10,723 nt of DNA. It comes from Candidatus Micrarchaeia archaeon. GTDB taxonomy: Archaea; Micrarchaeota; Micrarchaeia; Micrarchaeales; CABMGC01. The translations under genes were made by a program, and so were the position numbers. The DNA lies in contig JBMFHL010000026.1 of the NCBI GenBank assembly GCA_049976845.1, positions 1-10,723 on the forward strand, in the 5' to 3' direction. A model generated the notes under the pieces. The model did not search any database. It was not told the DNA's origin and saw only the letters and a list, made by a program, of their open reading frames with translations. This document shows positions 1 to 7,713 of this stretch, piece after piece. The stretch's first letter is position 1; each line of letters opens with the position of its first letter.

Positions 1-960
1 GAGAGGATAAAGGGTTTTGAGAAGGAAAAATTGAAATTGGAAGAGGAGATAAAAAGCAGCAGCACAGCCAACAAGGATGCATACGAGAAGCTCGAAGCTA
101 TAGAAAGTGAAATAGCTAAGCTAAGCAATGAGCAGGGCAAGGAAAGCGGAGAATTATCTAACATAGATTCGAAGACCAATGAAATGAAAATAAAGAAGAG
201 CCAATTAGAGGTAAGATTATCTGATATTAGGGCTGAAATAAGCACTTACGCGAATGATAACATAGAGATTATAAACAACAGCATAGAGGCAATGGAAAAA
301 GAGGCGGGCGTGCTGGCTGAAAAGATAAACGAGCTTGGCAATGTAAACCTAAAGGCGCCTGCCATATACGAGGAGAGGAAGAGGGATGTTGCCGAGGTGG
401 AAGAAAAAGTCAATACACTGGAGCAGGAGAGGCTTGCGGTGCTCAAGATGATAGAGGAGATAGACGCTAAGAAATACTCCATATTCATAGATACATTCAA
501 CCAGGTGAGCAAGAATTTTACAAAGCTCTACAGCTACATATCAGAGGACAAGGCCGAGATATATCTAAGCGATGAGAAGGATCCCTTCAATAGCGAACTG
601 CGCATAAGGGTGAAGACAAAAAACAATGCGATAAAAAGGGCCGATGGCATGTCAGGAGGTGAAAGGTCAATGCTTATGCTTATGCTTGTATTCGCAATAC
701 ATATGTACAAGCCTTCCGCTTTGTATATATTTGATGAGATAGATTCCGCACTTGACAAGGAGAATTCGAAGAAACTTTCTCAGTTCATAAAGCAGCTCAG
801 CGGCGATTCCCAATTCATAGTAGTAAGCCACAACGACACGCTGATATCGAATGCGGACACTGCAATAGGCGTAGCAAAAGTGGACGAAGAGTCTAAGATT
901 TTTGGGCTACAGGTATCAAGTATAATAAGCAACAACATTGGTGTAGGAGATGAAAAGTAA
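1..960 (+). CDS. smc: Chromosome segregation protein SMC, C-terminal coiled coil and head domain (5'-truncated by the window edge)
   Basis: Frame is open from base 1, so the TTG at 31 is not the real start. Heptad-rich E/K coiled coil, SMC-typical LGNVNLKA, ABC signature MSGGE, Walker B/D-loop YIFDEIDSALD, H-loop FIVVSH. Stop TAA at 958-960. Confidence 0.95.
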   Translation, partial: ERIKGFEKEKLKLEEEIKSSSTANKDAYEKLEAIESEIAKLSNEQGKESGELSNIDSKTNEMKIKKSQLEVRLSDIRAEISTYANDNIEIINNSIEAMEKEAGVLAEKINELGNVNLKAPAIYEERKRDVAEVEEKVNTLEQERLAVLKMIEEIDAKKYSIFIDTFNQVSKNFTKLYSYISEDKAEIYLSDEKDPFNSELRIRVKTKNNAIKRADGMSGGERSMLMLMLVFAIHMYKPSALYIFDEIDSALDKENSKKLSQFIKQLSGDSQFIVVSHNDTLISNADTAIGVAKVDEESKIFGLQVSSIISNNIGVGDEK

Positions 961-2008
961 GGATAGAGGAAAAACGGCGCATGCTAAAGGCATTAGGGGC
1001 AAGGCAGCTGCCGGTGCCAACAAGCAGTACCCAATGTGGCCATTCTACCTTTTGCTTCTGCTTCTCATACTGCTCTATGCATTGCATAACTCCTTTATCA
1101 CAGGGGTTATAATTTTTGTGCTTATTGTGATTATACTTGTCTTGGAGGCTAAGACTAGCGTCGCAATAGAGGGCAAGAAGAAAAGTGTCATAGACGTTGC
1201 GATTGCCATCGGAGTCGCAATAGCATTCTGGATAGTGTTGGTTTTGGTGCTGCAGACGAGCTCGCCTGTCGATGCAGTCGCAAGCTGCAGCATGCTTCCT
1301 GCACTGCAGAGAGGCAATCTGGTTTTATTGCACGGGATAGGGAATCCTGTGGCATTTGCTGAGCAGCACCATGTGCCTATAGTAAACATAAGCAGCGGAG
1401 AGTTCAATTACATGCTGAGCAATATGGGCAGCGAATTTCTCGCTTACTATGCTTATCTGAATGGCAACAAATCAGAGATAACAGACATAATACCAAACGG
1501 CTCAGAATATAATATAGGCTTGTACAATACGGCATGCATAGACGAATATTCTTACGAAAAGCAGCCTTACAACCTTTACAAGTGCGCGAGGCAGAACTCC
1601 ACGCAATTGAACAATTTGATAAAATACACTTATTCAATTGGTACAGAAGAGATTGATGGGATTGAATACAAGGCAGTATATACTTCAGGCATAGAGATAA
1701 ACGGTGTGTACATTGCGCAGAATTTCAGCAATCCAATAATAGTTTACAAGACAACAAGCCAGGATTATTTCTCAGGAGACATAATACACAGGCTTTACGC
1801 GATAGTTAACGCGAGCGGCTCTTATTACTTCCTTACAATGGGCGACAACAACCCAGGCTTAGATATAGAGTTTGCAAACTACCCTGCAAGCTATAGCAAT
1901 ATCATAGGGTATGTTATAGCAGATATACCTGTAATAGGCTACCTTAAGCTCATAATAAGCGGCCAGTTCGGAAGCGTAGCGGGATGCAACGAATTATTGA
2001 CTAGATAA
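950..2008 (+). CDS. Signal peptidase I, archaeal/ER Sec11-type (S26B), with three N-terminal TM segments and a large insertion
   Basis: Box B-like VASCSMLP (Ser114), Box C-like RGNLV, Box D IIHR (His280), Box E TMGDNN..D, and the C-terminal IIG..IP.IG pattern. SD-like GGTGTAGGAG upstream. Overlaps the smc end by 11 nt. Confidence 0.85.
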   Translation: MKSKDRGKTAHAKGIRGKAAAGANKQYPMWPFYLLLLLLILLYALHNSFITGVIIFVLIVIILVLEAKTSVAIEGKKKSVIDVAIAIGVAIAFWIVLVLVLQTSSPVDAVASCSMLPALQRGNLVLLHGIGNPVAFAEQHHVPIVNISSGEFNYMLSNMGSEFLAYYAYLNGNKSEITDIIPNGSEYNIGLYNTACIDEYSYEKQPYNLYKCARQNSTQLNNLIKYTYSIGTEEIDGIEYKAVYTSGIEINGVYIAQNFSNPIIVYKTTSQDYFSGDIIHRLYAIVNASGSYYFLTMGDNNPGLDIEFANYPASYSNIIGYVIADIPVIGYLKLIISGQFGSVAGCNELLTR

Positions 2009-2034
2009 CAATACATTGAATGAGCTTAGCGCAT

Positions 2035-2733
2035 TCATCGTTGTATCAAATCCTTTACGCGGCCTATGAGCGTGCCATCTAATGAGTAGATGCTTGCGGT
2101 GTAGAAATCGAATATGCCGTTTCGCATCAATTGCATGTAGTCGCTGGTCCATGCGCTTATGTCTATTCCCGTCTTCAGAGGATTGAATGCTGGAGCAATT
2201 ATGAATTCGCTCTTTAGTTTGCTTGATTTTGCCACGAGCCAGACCTTCTCCACATTACCATTTATTTTGTATGCCGGATGGCCGTGGCCCACTATTATAT
2301 ACCTCTTTTCAAGCGCCTCCTCGCTAGGGTATGCATTGCCATGGAGCAGCGCGGCGTCTTCTAGCAAGAGCTCCTTATACAAATTAGATTTTATTTTTAG
2401 CATGTCAAGTATTTCATGAAGGTGTGCATCGTGGTTGCCTTTCAGTATGCTTATGTCTATGCCCTCGAGCTCTTCGAAAAAAGATCTTATGTGGTCCCGC
2501 TCTATTTTTGTCGGGTAGCCTATGCTCTCCTTTATGTCGCCGAGCAAAGCAATGCTGCGCGCACCGCTGTACTCAAATATGCTCCTCAACTCCTTTCCCA
2601 TTGATGCCGCGAGCTCATCGACGTGTATGCCAGAGCTGCCGAGCTTTTCCTCAAGACCTATGTGCATGTCCCCGGCAACTAGCACATTATCTATTACAAG
2701 GGCAGGCTTCCCGCTTATGAATTTCACTTCCAT
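2035..2733 (-). CDS. Calcineurin-like metallophosphoesterase (COG1407-like archaeal phosphoesterase)
   Basis: All five metallophosphoesterase motifs are present: DMH, LLGD, GNHD, HG, GHGHP. Also has the family-typical PAF motif. SD-like GAGGAG 4 nt before the ATG. Confidence 0.9.
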   Translation of the reverse strand: MEVKFISGKPALVIDNVLVAGDMHIGLEEKLGSSGIHVDELAASMGKELRSIFEYSGARSIALLGDIKESIGYPTKIERDHIRSFFEELEGIDISILKGNHDAHLHEILDMLKIKSNLYKELLLEDAALLHGNAYPSEEALEKRYIIVGHGHPAYKINGNVEKVWLVAKSSKLKSEFIIAPAFNPLKTGIDISAWTSDYMQLMRNGIFDFYTASIYSLDGTLIGRVKDLIQR

Positions 2734-2831
2734 GCTACTCCTCTGGAGCTTCTAGAGCATAATGCAATATGCTTGCACTGCTATTTATTACTTATTTTTG
2801 ATTTGCAGGCTTAAAAAGAGGAGAATTTAGA

Positions 2832-2917
2832 TGCAGGGGGAGAGATTTGAACTCTCGAATCCGCTAAGGAAACGGGCCCTAAACCCGTCGCATTTGACCA
2901 AGCTCTGCCACCCCTGC
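2832..2917 (-). tRNA. tRNA-Leu, anticodon TAG; intronless; CCA not encoded
   Basis: Reverse complement folds as a cloverleaf. Acceptor stem GCAGGGG/CCCCTGC with discriminator A. D-arm has G15 and GG. Anticodon stem ACGGG/CCCGT with loop TT-TAG-GG. Long variable arm TCC-TTAGC-GGA. T-arm GAGAG-TTCAAAT-CTCTC. Confidence 0.97.
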
Positions 2918-2940
2918 AATGCAGATGATAAATATTGCAA

Positions 2941-2972
2941 ACAAAATACTTATATATGCAGTTGATATATAT
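2941..2972. promoter_or_regulatory. Divergent archaeal promoter region (TATA boxes) for tRNA-Leu and serS
   Basis: CTTATATAT at 2949-2957 reads as TTATATAT on + (after A-rich BRE-like ACAAAA) and TATATAAG on -. A second box, ATATATAT, lies at 2965-2972. Confidence 0.6.
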
Positions 2973-2990
2973 TTAGATTAGGTTTTCTCT

Positions 2991-4292
2991 ATGCTAAATG
3001 CCAATTATGTAAGGGATAACTTAGATGCTATAAAGGCCTCGCTTGCCAAAAGGCACGTTGAGTATCCAATAGAGAAGATACTGGAGCTCGACAAGGAGTG
3101 GAGGGCACTTAAGACTGAGACCCAGAAGCTGCAAGCCAAGAGGAACAGGGACAGCTTGGAGATAGCGGAGCTTAAGAAGAATGGCAAGAACGAGGAAGCA
3201 GAGGCGATGATAAAGGAGCTTACCGGGATAAAGGATAGCATAGTTGAAAGCGAAGCGATGCTCAATGGCTATGAGAAGGAGCTCAACGAGCTTCTTTGGA
3301 ACATGCCAAACATATTGCACGAGAGCGTGCCTTACGGCAAAGACGACAGCGAGAATGCAGAGGTTAAGAGGGTTGGAGAAGCAAAGCCAAGAGATCTTCC
3401 TGGGCACGAGGAGATTCTTAAAAAATTGGACATGATAGATTTGGAAAATGCCTCGAAGGTCTCTGGGGCGAGGTTCTATTATCTTAAAAGCGACATCGCG
3501 CTGCTGGAGCTTTCATTAATAAGGTTCGCCCTTGATACGCTTACGAAGAAAGGGTATATTGCAATTGCGCCACCACACATGCTCAAGAGAGAGTATTACA
3601 AAGGGGTAACCTCGCTTGGCGATTTCGAGGATGCGCTTTACAGGGTTGCAGAATCAAGAGAGGCGGCAAGCAAGAATGATCTTGAGCATGTCGAGGATGA
3701 GCTTTTCATGATAAGCACATCGGAGCACGCAATTGCTGCGATGCACGCAAACCACGTTTTCTCTTCAAAGGAGTTGCCAAAGAAATATGTAGGATGGAGC
3801 CCATGCTACAGAAGGGAGGCTGGAGCCCATGGCAAGGATACCAAAGGTATATACAGGGTGCACCAGTTTTATAAAGTGGAGCAGTTTATCTTCAGCAGCC
3901 AAGAGGATTCATGGAAATATCACGAGGAGCTGCTTGCAAATGAAGAGGAGATATTCAAGGCCCTTGGAATACCTTATAGAGTAGTAAACATATGCACAGG
4001 CGACATAGGCATTGTCGCCGCAAAGAAGTATGATCTTGAAGCCTATCTGCCCGTGCAGAAAAGATACGGCGAGATGTGCTCGTGCTCAAACTGCACAGAC
4101 TGGCAGGCGCTTAGGCTCGATATAAAATATGATGACAAAAATGAAAGGAAATATGTGCACACGCTCAATGCAACTGCAATCGCCACAACCAGGGCTATTG
4201 TTGCAATAATAGAGAATTATGCGAATGCCGATGGCAGCATAGCTGTTCCTGATGTGCTCGTGCCTTACATGAACAAGAGAAAAATAGGGTAG
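2991..4292 (+). CDS. serS: Seryl-tRNA synthetase (standard class IIa type, not the methanogen type)
   Basis: N-terminal coiled-coil arm, MPN.LHESVP.G, TSEH (TxE), motif 2 CYRREAG..GKDTKGIYRVHQF.KVEQF, KKYDLEA, EMCSCSNCTDWQ, motif 3 HTLNATA.A.TR...AI.EN. Confidence 0.98.
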   Translation: MLNANYVRDNLDAIKASLAKRHVEYPIEKILELDKEWRALKTETQKLQAKRNRDSLEIAELKKNGKNEEAEAMIKELTGIKDSIVESEAMLNGYEKELNELLWNMPNILHESVPYGKDDSENAEVKRVGEAKPRDLPGHEEILKKLDMIDLENASKVSGARFYYLKSDIALLELSLIRFALDTLTKKGYIAIAPPHMLKREYYKGVTSLGDFEDALYRVAESREAASKNDLEHVEDELFMISTSEHAIAAMHANHVFSSKELPKKYVGWSPCYRREAGAHGKDTKGIYRVHQFYKVEQFIFSSQEDSWKYHEELLANEEEIFKALGIPYRVVNICTGDIGIVAAKKYDLEAYLPVQKRYGEMCSCSNCTDWQALRLDIKYDDKNERKYVHTLNATAIATTRAIVAIIENYANADGSIAVPDVLVPYMNKRKIG

Positions 4293-4315
4293 GGCTTTGC
4301 AGAAGGTAATGCTTT

Positions 4316-5509
4316 ATGAAAAAGGAATATGAAATAATGAAAGAGATAAAGAGGCTCAAGTCAATAAGAGGCTCGGGCACTGAGCTTATAAGCGTGTACA
4401 TGCCTGCGGGATTCCAGATAAGCGAGGAGGTCGCTAGGCTTAGGGAGGAATACAGCCAATCTTCCAATATAAAGTCAAAAACTACTAGGACAAACGTGCT
4501 CAGCGCGATAGACAAGATAATGCAGTATCTGAAGCTTTTCAAGGAGGTGCCCAAGAACGGCATTGCAATATTCTGTGGGAACATATCAAAGAACCCCGGG
4601 AAGGTAGATATAGAGCTTTTCTCCATGGAGCCTCCGGAGCCGCTGAAGGTGAACATATACAGGTGCGATTCTACATTTCTGCTAGACCCTATAGAGGATA
4701 TTGTTGAGGCAAGAGATACTTACGCGCTTGTCGCGATGGACGGCAGGGAAGCAACAATAGCGACGCTTTCAGGCTCGCATATTAGGGTAGTGAAGAAGCT
4801 TAATTCTACTGCGCATGCAAAGGTTAGGAAGGGAGGCCAGTCTGCGAGAAGATACGAGAGGGCCATAGAAGAGAGCATAGACGATTATTACAAGAGGGTT
4901 GGAGACGTGATAAACTCCATTTTCGAGCAGTACCAGTTCAAGATAAAGGGCTTGATTGTAGGGGGCCCTGGGCCTGCAAAAGAGGGTTTTGCCAAGAGCA
5001 ATACTCTAAACTACCAGATAAAAATGCTGGGCATGTACGACATAGGGTATACGGACGAATATGGTTTGGAGGAGCTTGTTGACAAGGCGAAGGACCTTCT
5101 TTCGCAGCAGGAAGCCTCGCAGGAGCGCAAGATTATAGAGAGGTTCATGCAGGAAGTGTCGAGAGGAGGACTTGCTGTATACGGCTACGAAAACACCAAA
5201 AAAGCGCTTGAGTCGAAGCAGGCGAGCAAGCTGATAATAAACAAGGATATAGACATTTACAAAGTAGGCTACAAGTGCAGCAGCTGCGGGGAGAAGTTCG
5301 AGAAGGTAGAGATGGGAGAGCATCGGGAAGCCAAGCACGAATGCGGAGGCAGCTTGAGCATAGAATACGAAAACGATGCAATAGAGGAATTGATAGGCAT
5401 AGCAGATGCTAATGGCATAGAAACTGTTTTCGTGTCAAGCGAGAGCTCTTATGGCAAGGAATTCCTTATGGGCTTTTCAGGCATAGGCGCCTTGCTAAGG
5501 TACAAATAA
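4316..5509 (+). CDS. prf1: Peptide chain release factor aRF1 (eRF1 family)
   Basis: GTELIS, NIKS, YRCDSTF (YxCxxxF), GGQS, GPG and C-terminal GIGALLRY. SD-like AAGGT 8 nt upstream of the ATG. Confidence 0.98.
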   Translation: MKKEYEIMKEIKRLKSIRGSGTELISVYMPAGFQISEEVARLREEYSQSSNIKSKTTRTNVLSAIDKIMQYLKLFKEVPKNGIAIFCGNISKNPGKVDIELFSMEPPEPLKVNIYRCDSTFLLDPIEDIVEARDTYALVAMDGREATIATLSGSHIRVVKKLNSTAHAKVRKGGQSARRYERAIEESIDDYYKRVGDVINSIFEQYQFKIKGLIVGGPGPAKEGFAKSNTLNYQIKMLGMYDIGYTDEYGLEELVDKAKDLLSQQEASQERKIIERFMQEVSRGGLAVYGYENTKKALESKQASKLIINKDIDIYKVGYKCSSCGEKFEKVEMGEHREAKHECGGSLSIEYENDAIEELIGIADANGIETVFVSSESSYGKEFLMGFSGIGALLRYK

Positions 5510-5557
5510 ACGCGCATTTTGCCGGAATGAGATTAATAAGGTACATTCGATGGTGCT

Positions 5558-7045
5558 ATGAAAAGGATTGACTTGTTCCTTCTGCTTGCGATTGCGCTCG
5601 CAATAATATACATGCTTTTCTGGGACTTCTATGCGCTGCAGAGGTATAACACTTTCTCATCGACCTTTTTCGACATAGGCCTTGCCGATTACAACCTTTA
5701 CGTATATTCGAATTATGGAGCGCTTGCCCACGGCTTGCAGTATTTTGTATTCATGAACCATCTCACGCTTTTTTCGCCGCTGCTTATCCTTGCTTATGAC
5801 CTTATTGGAAATCCTTTCTCATTTATCTGGCTCCAGAACCTGTTCATTGGTGCCGCTGCAGTGGTAATTTATCTTATAGGGAGGGATGTAATAAAGAGCA
5901 GAAAAATAGGCATTGCCCTCGGCATTGCGTTCCTTGCAAACCCAGGCGTATGGAGCCTCAGCGTCTTCGACGCGCATCTCGAGGGCTTGCTGCCGTTCTT
6001 CTACCTAATATCCCTTTATTATTACATGAAAAACAGCAGGCTCTTCATAGTAAGCTTTATTCTGCTGCTCAGCATAATTGATACAGGATCTGTATTGGCA
6101 TTGTTCTTTGCGCTTGGCTTGCTTGCATACGAGCTCTTCAATATTAGGAGCAGAAAAGCGCCGCTTGGCATGAAAGGCATCTTTGGCTTGGCAAAGGAGC
6201 GCAGGATAGCGCTGCTTCTTGTTGCAACTGCAATTGCAATATTATTCATAGCCTTCTACTGGCTCGCTTCGCTGTCGCTGCTTCACCAGTATGCAATAGG
6301 CTCTTACAAAGCCCTGCCGCCTGAGCTTAGGGACATGAATTTCATGGGCGAGCAGAAGTCCATTATATACAACAGCGGCGCTGTAGCCTCAAATAGCATA
6401 GGCGCAAGTGCATTGCTGTGGCTCTTTGGGATACTGCTTGCATTTGGCATAGGCACTGCTTTCGCGCTAATACCGACAATAGTATTCATAGCGCCATGGC
6501 TTGTTGAGGTTTTCATTGTTAGAAATTACCTCTTTATAACACCATATATGCAGTATTATGCATACGCGATAGGGGGAGTGGCTGGCGCTGTGCTTGGAAT
6601 AAAGGCAGTAATGGGGGATAAACACGGGGTCGGCGAGAATAAAATAATAGCGTCAATTGCAATCTTCGCCATCATATTCATATTCACATTCCTTGCAATT
6701 TATCCTATCCAAAATCCCTATGCAGTACAAAACAGCAGCTATGCGAATGTAAGCAAAGCCCTTGCTGCATTGCCCATTAATGCAAGCGTGCTTGCGCAAG
6801 GCAGCATTACTCCGCATCTATGCAACAGGCTTCTTGTCGAGAACGCGCCTGACGAAAAACCAAAGTGGTTCGAGCCTTTGAACTACACAACATACTGGTT
6901 CAAACCAGGGTATATTATAATTGACCCGGAGCTTAGCGACTTTTCGCCTGTGAACTCGAGCGCATTCAGCATATTCGACTATGTCTCAGCCAATTATACA
7001 GTGTATGAAAAGCTGGGGAGCATTACGATATACAAGAGGGTATAG
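5558..7045 (+). CDS. Polytopic membrane protein, DUF2079-like (predicted GT-C fold glycosyltransferase)
   Basis: About 10-12 hydrophobic segments. FDIG after TM1, NH..F.PL, WLQ, LANP, FDAH, QY, and a soluble C-terminal domain LP.NASV.AQ..I.PHL..R. SD GGTG upstream. Family recognised from memory of motifs. Confidence 0.7.
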   Translation: MKRIDLFLLLAIALAIIYMLFWDFYALQRYNTFSSTFFDIGLADYNLYVYSNYGALAHGLQYFVFMNHLTLFSPLLILAYDLIGNPFSFIWLQNLFIGAAAVVIYLIGRDVIKSRKIGIALGIAFLANPGVWSLSVFDAHLEGLLPFFYLISLYYYMKNSRLFIVSFILLLSIIDTGSVLALFFALGLLAYELFNIRSRKAPLGMKGIFGLAKERRIALLLVATAIAILFIAFYWLASLSLLHQYAIGSYKALPPELRDMNFMGEQKSIIYNSGAVASNSIGASALLWLFGILLAFGIGTAFALIPTIVFIAPWLVEVFIVRNYLFITPYMQYYAYAIGGVAGAVLGIKAVMGDKHGVGENKIIASIAIFAIIFIFTFLAIYPIQNPYAVQNSSYANVSKALAALPINASVLAQGSITPHLCNRLLVENAPDEKPKWFEPLNYTTYWFKPGYIIIDPELSDFSPVNSSAFSIFDYVSANYTVYEKLGSITIYKRV

Positions 7046-7077
7046 CAGCTAGCATTTGCAAATGGCAAGGTAATATA

Positions 7078-7106
7078 GCAAAAGAAAAAGGTAAAAAGGA
7101 AATTCA
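7078..7106 (-). terminator. Oligo-T terminator for the minus-strand gene pair
   Basis: Minus strand reads TTTCCTTTTTACCTTTTTCTTTTGC just after the TGA at 7111-7113. Confidence 0.6.
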
Positions 7107-7110
7107 CCAA

Positions 7111-7701
7111 TCAGGTTAACTCTGCGTCTATCGGGCAGCTTGCCATGTATGCGCCGTTGCCAGAGATATATAAGTGATATGGAGTGATTACGGTGCTGTT
7201 TTGCGAGCTGTAGTTCAGGAACAGGCTTGGCTCCGACTTTGCAACAGATATGCACCTGCTTGCACTTACTACTGCTATGCTGACAGGCTTGCCCAATCCA
7301 GTAGAGGAATACGTGCAGTTTGTTTGATTGAGCAGGAAGAAGTCTATAGTGCTCGCATTCCTTGTATGGGCTATTGTATTTATCATCTTGGTAAAGCATG
7401 ACTCCTCTTCAACATACTGCGTCATGTTGCTGAATGTTACTGCAATTGCTATCCTTGGCGCCGCGTTGAAGTTGCTGCTAAAAGTTGAGAATTTTGTTGA
7501 CACGACATTTGCGAAGACGAAGTAGATAAGGTATACTATTACCAGTATTATCAAAACTACTGCTAGATATTGGAAGATTTTGCTTGTATTGTTCTTCTCT
7601 TGCTTTTCTTCCTTGCCATTAGACTTGGCTTGCGCTTCCTTTGCATGCTGCTCTTTGCCTGCGGCCTTAGCAGTTGCCTTATTAGTTTTCTCCGCTTTCA
7701 T
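7111..7701 (-). CDS. Hypothetical single-pass membrane protein: charged N-terminal tail, one TM, extracellular four-Cys domain
   Basis: K/E/A/Q-rich N-terminus, TM IFQYLAVVLIILVIVYLIYFVFA, then 4 Cys and 6 N-x-S/T sequons. SD AGGTGTGA overlaps the upstream gene's stop; intergenic gap is 12 nt. Confidence 0.85.
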   Translation of the reverse strand: MKAEKTNKATAKAAGKEQHAKEAQAKSNGKEEKQEKNNTSKIFQYLAVVLIILVIVYLIYFVFANVVSTKFSTFSSNFNAAPRIAIAVTFSNMTQYVEEESCFTKMINTIAHTRNASTIDFFLLNQTNCTYSSTGLGKPVSIAVVSASRCISVAKSEPSLFLNYSSQNSTVITPYHLYISGNGAYMASCPIDAELT

Positions 7702-7713
7702 CTAATATCACAC

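Noticed and set aside
671..688. ATGCTT x3 tandem repeat
   Set aside because: It encodes MLMLML in the helix after the SMC signature and is in frame; a coding coincidence.
2737..2749. Mini-hairpin covering the phosphoesterase SD
   Set aside because: A 4-5 bp stem with a 3-nt loop is too weak to distinguish from chance.
2832..2860. tRNA 3' end as an integration site (att)
   Set aside because: I saw no duplicated tRNA 3' fragment or integrase in the window, and the flanks are housekeeping-type genes.
2876..2882. tRNA with 'TAG' beside serS and aRF1 as an amber suppressor, tRNA-Ser or recoding system
   Set aside because: TAG is the anticodon, which reads CUA (Leu); a suppressor would have CTA. 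The A discriminator fits Leu. TAA, TAG and TGA all end genuine genes here and no in-frame stops interrupt conserved genes.
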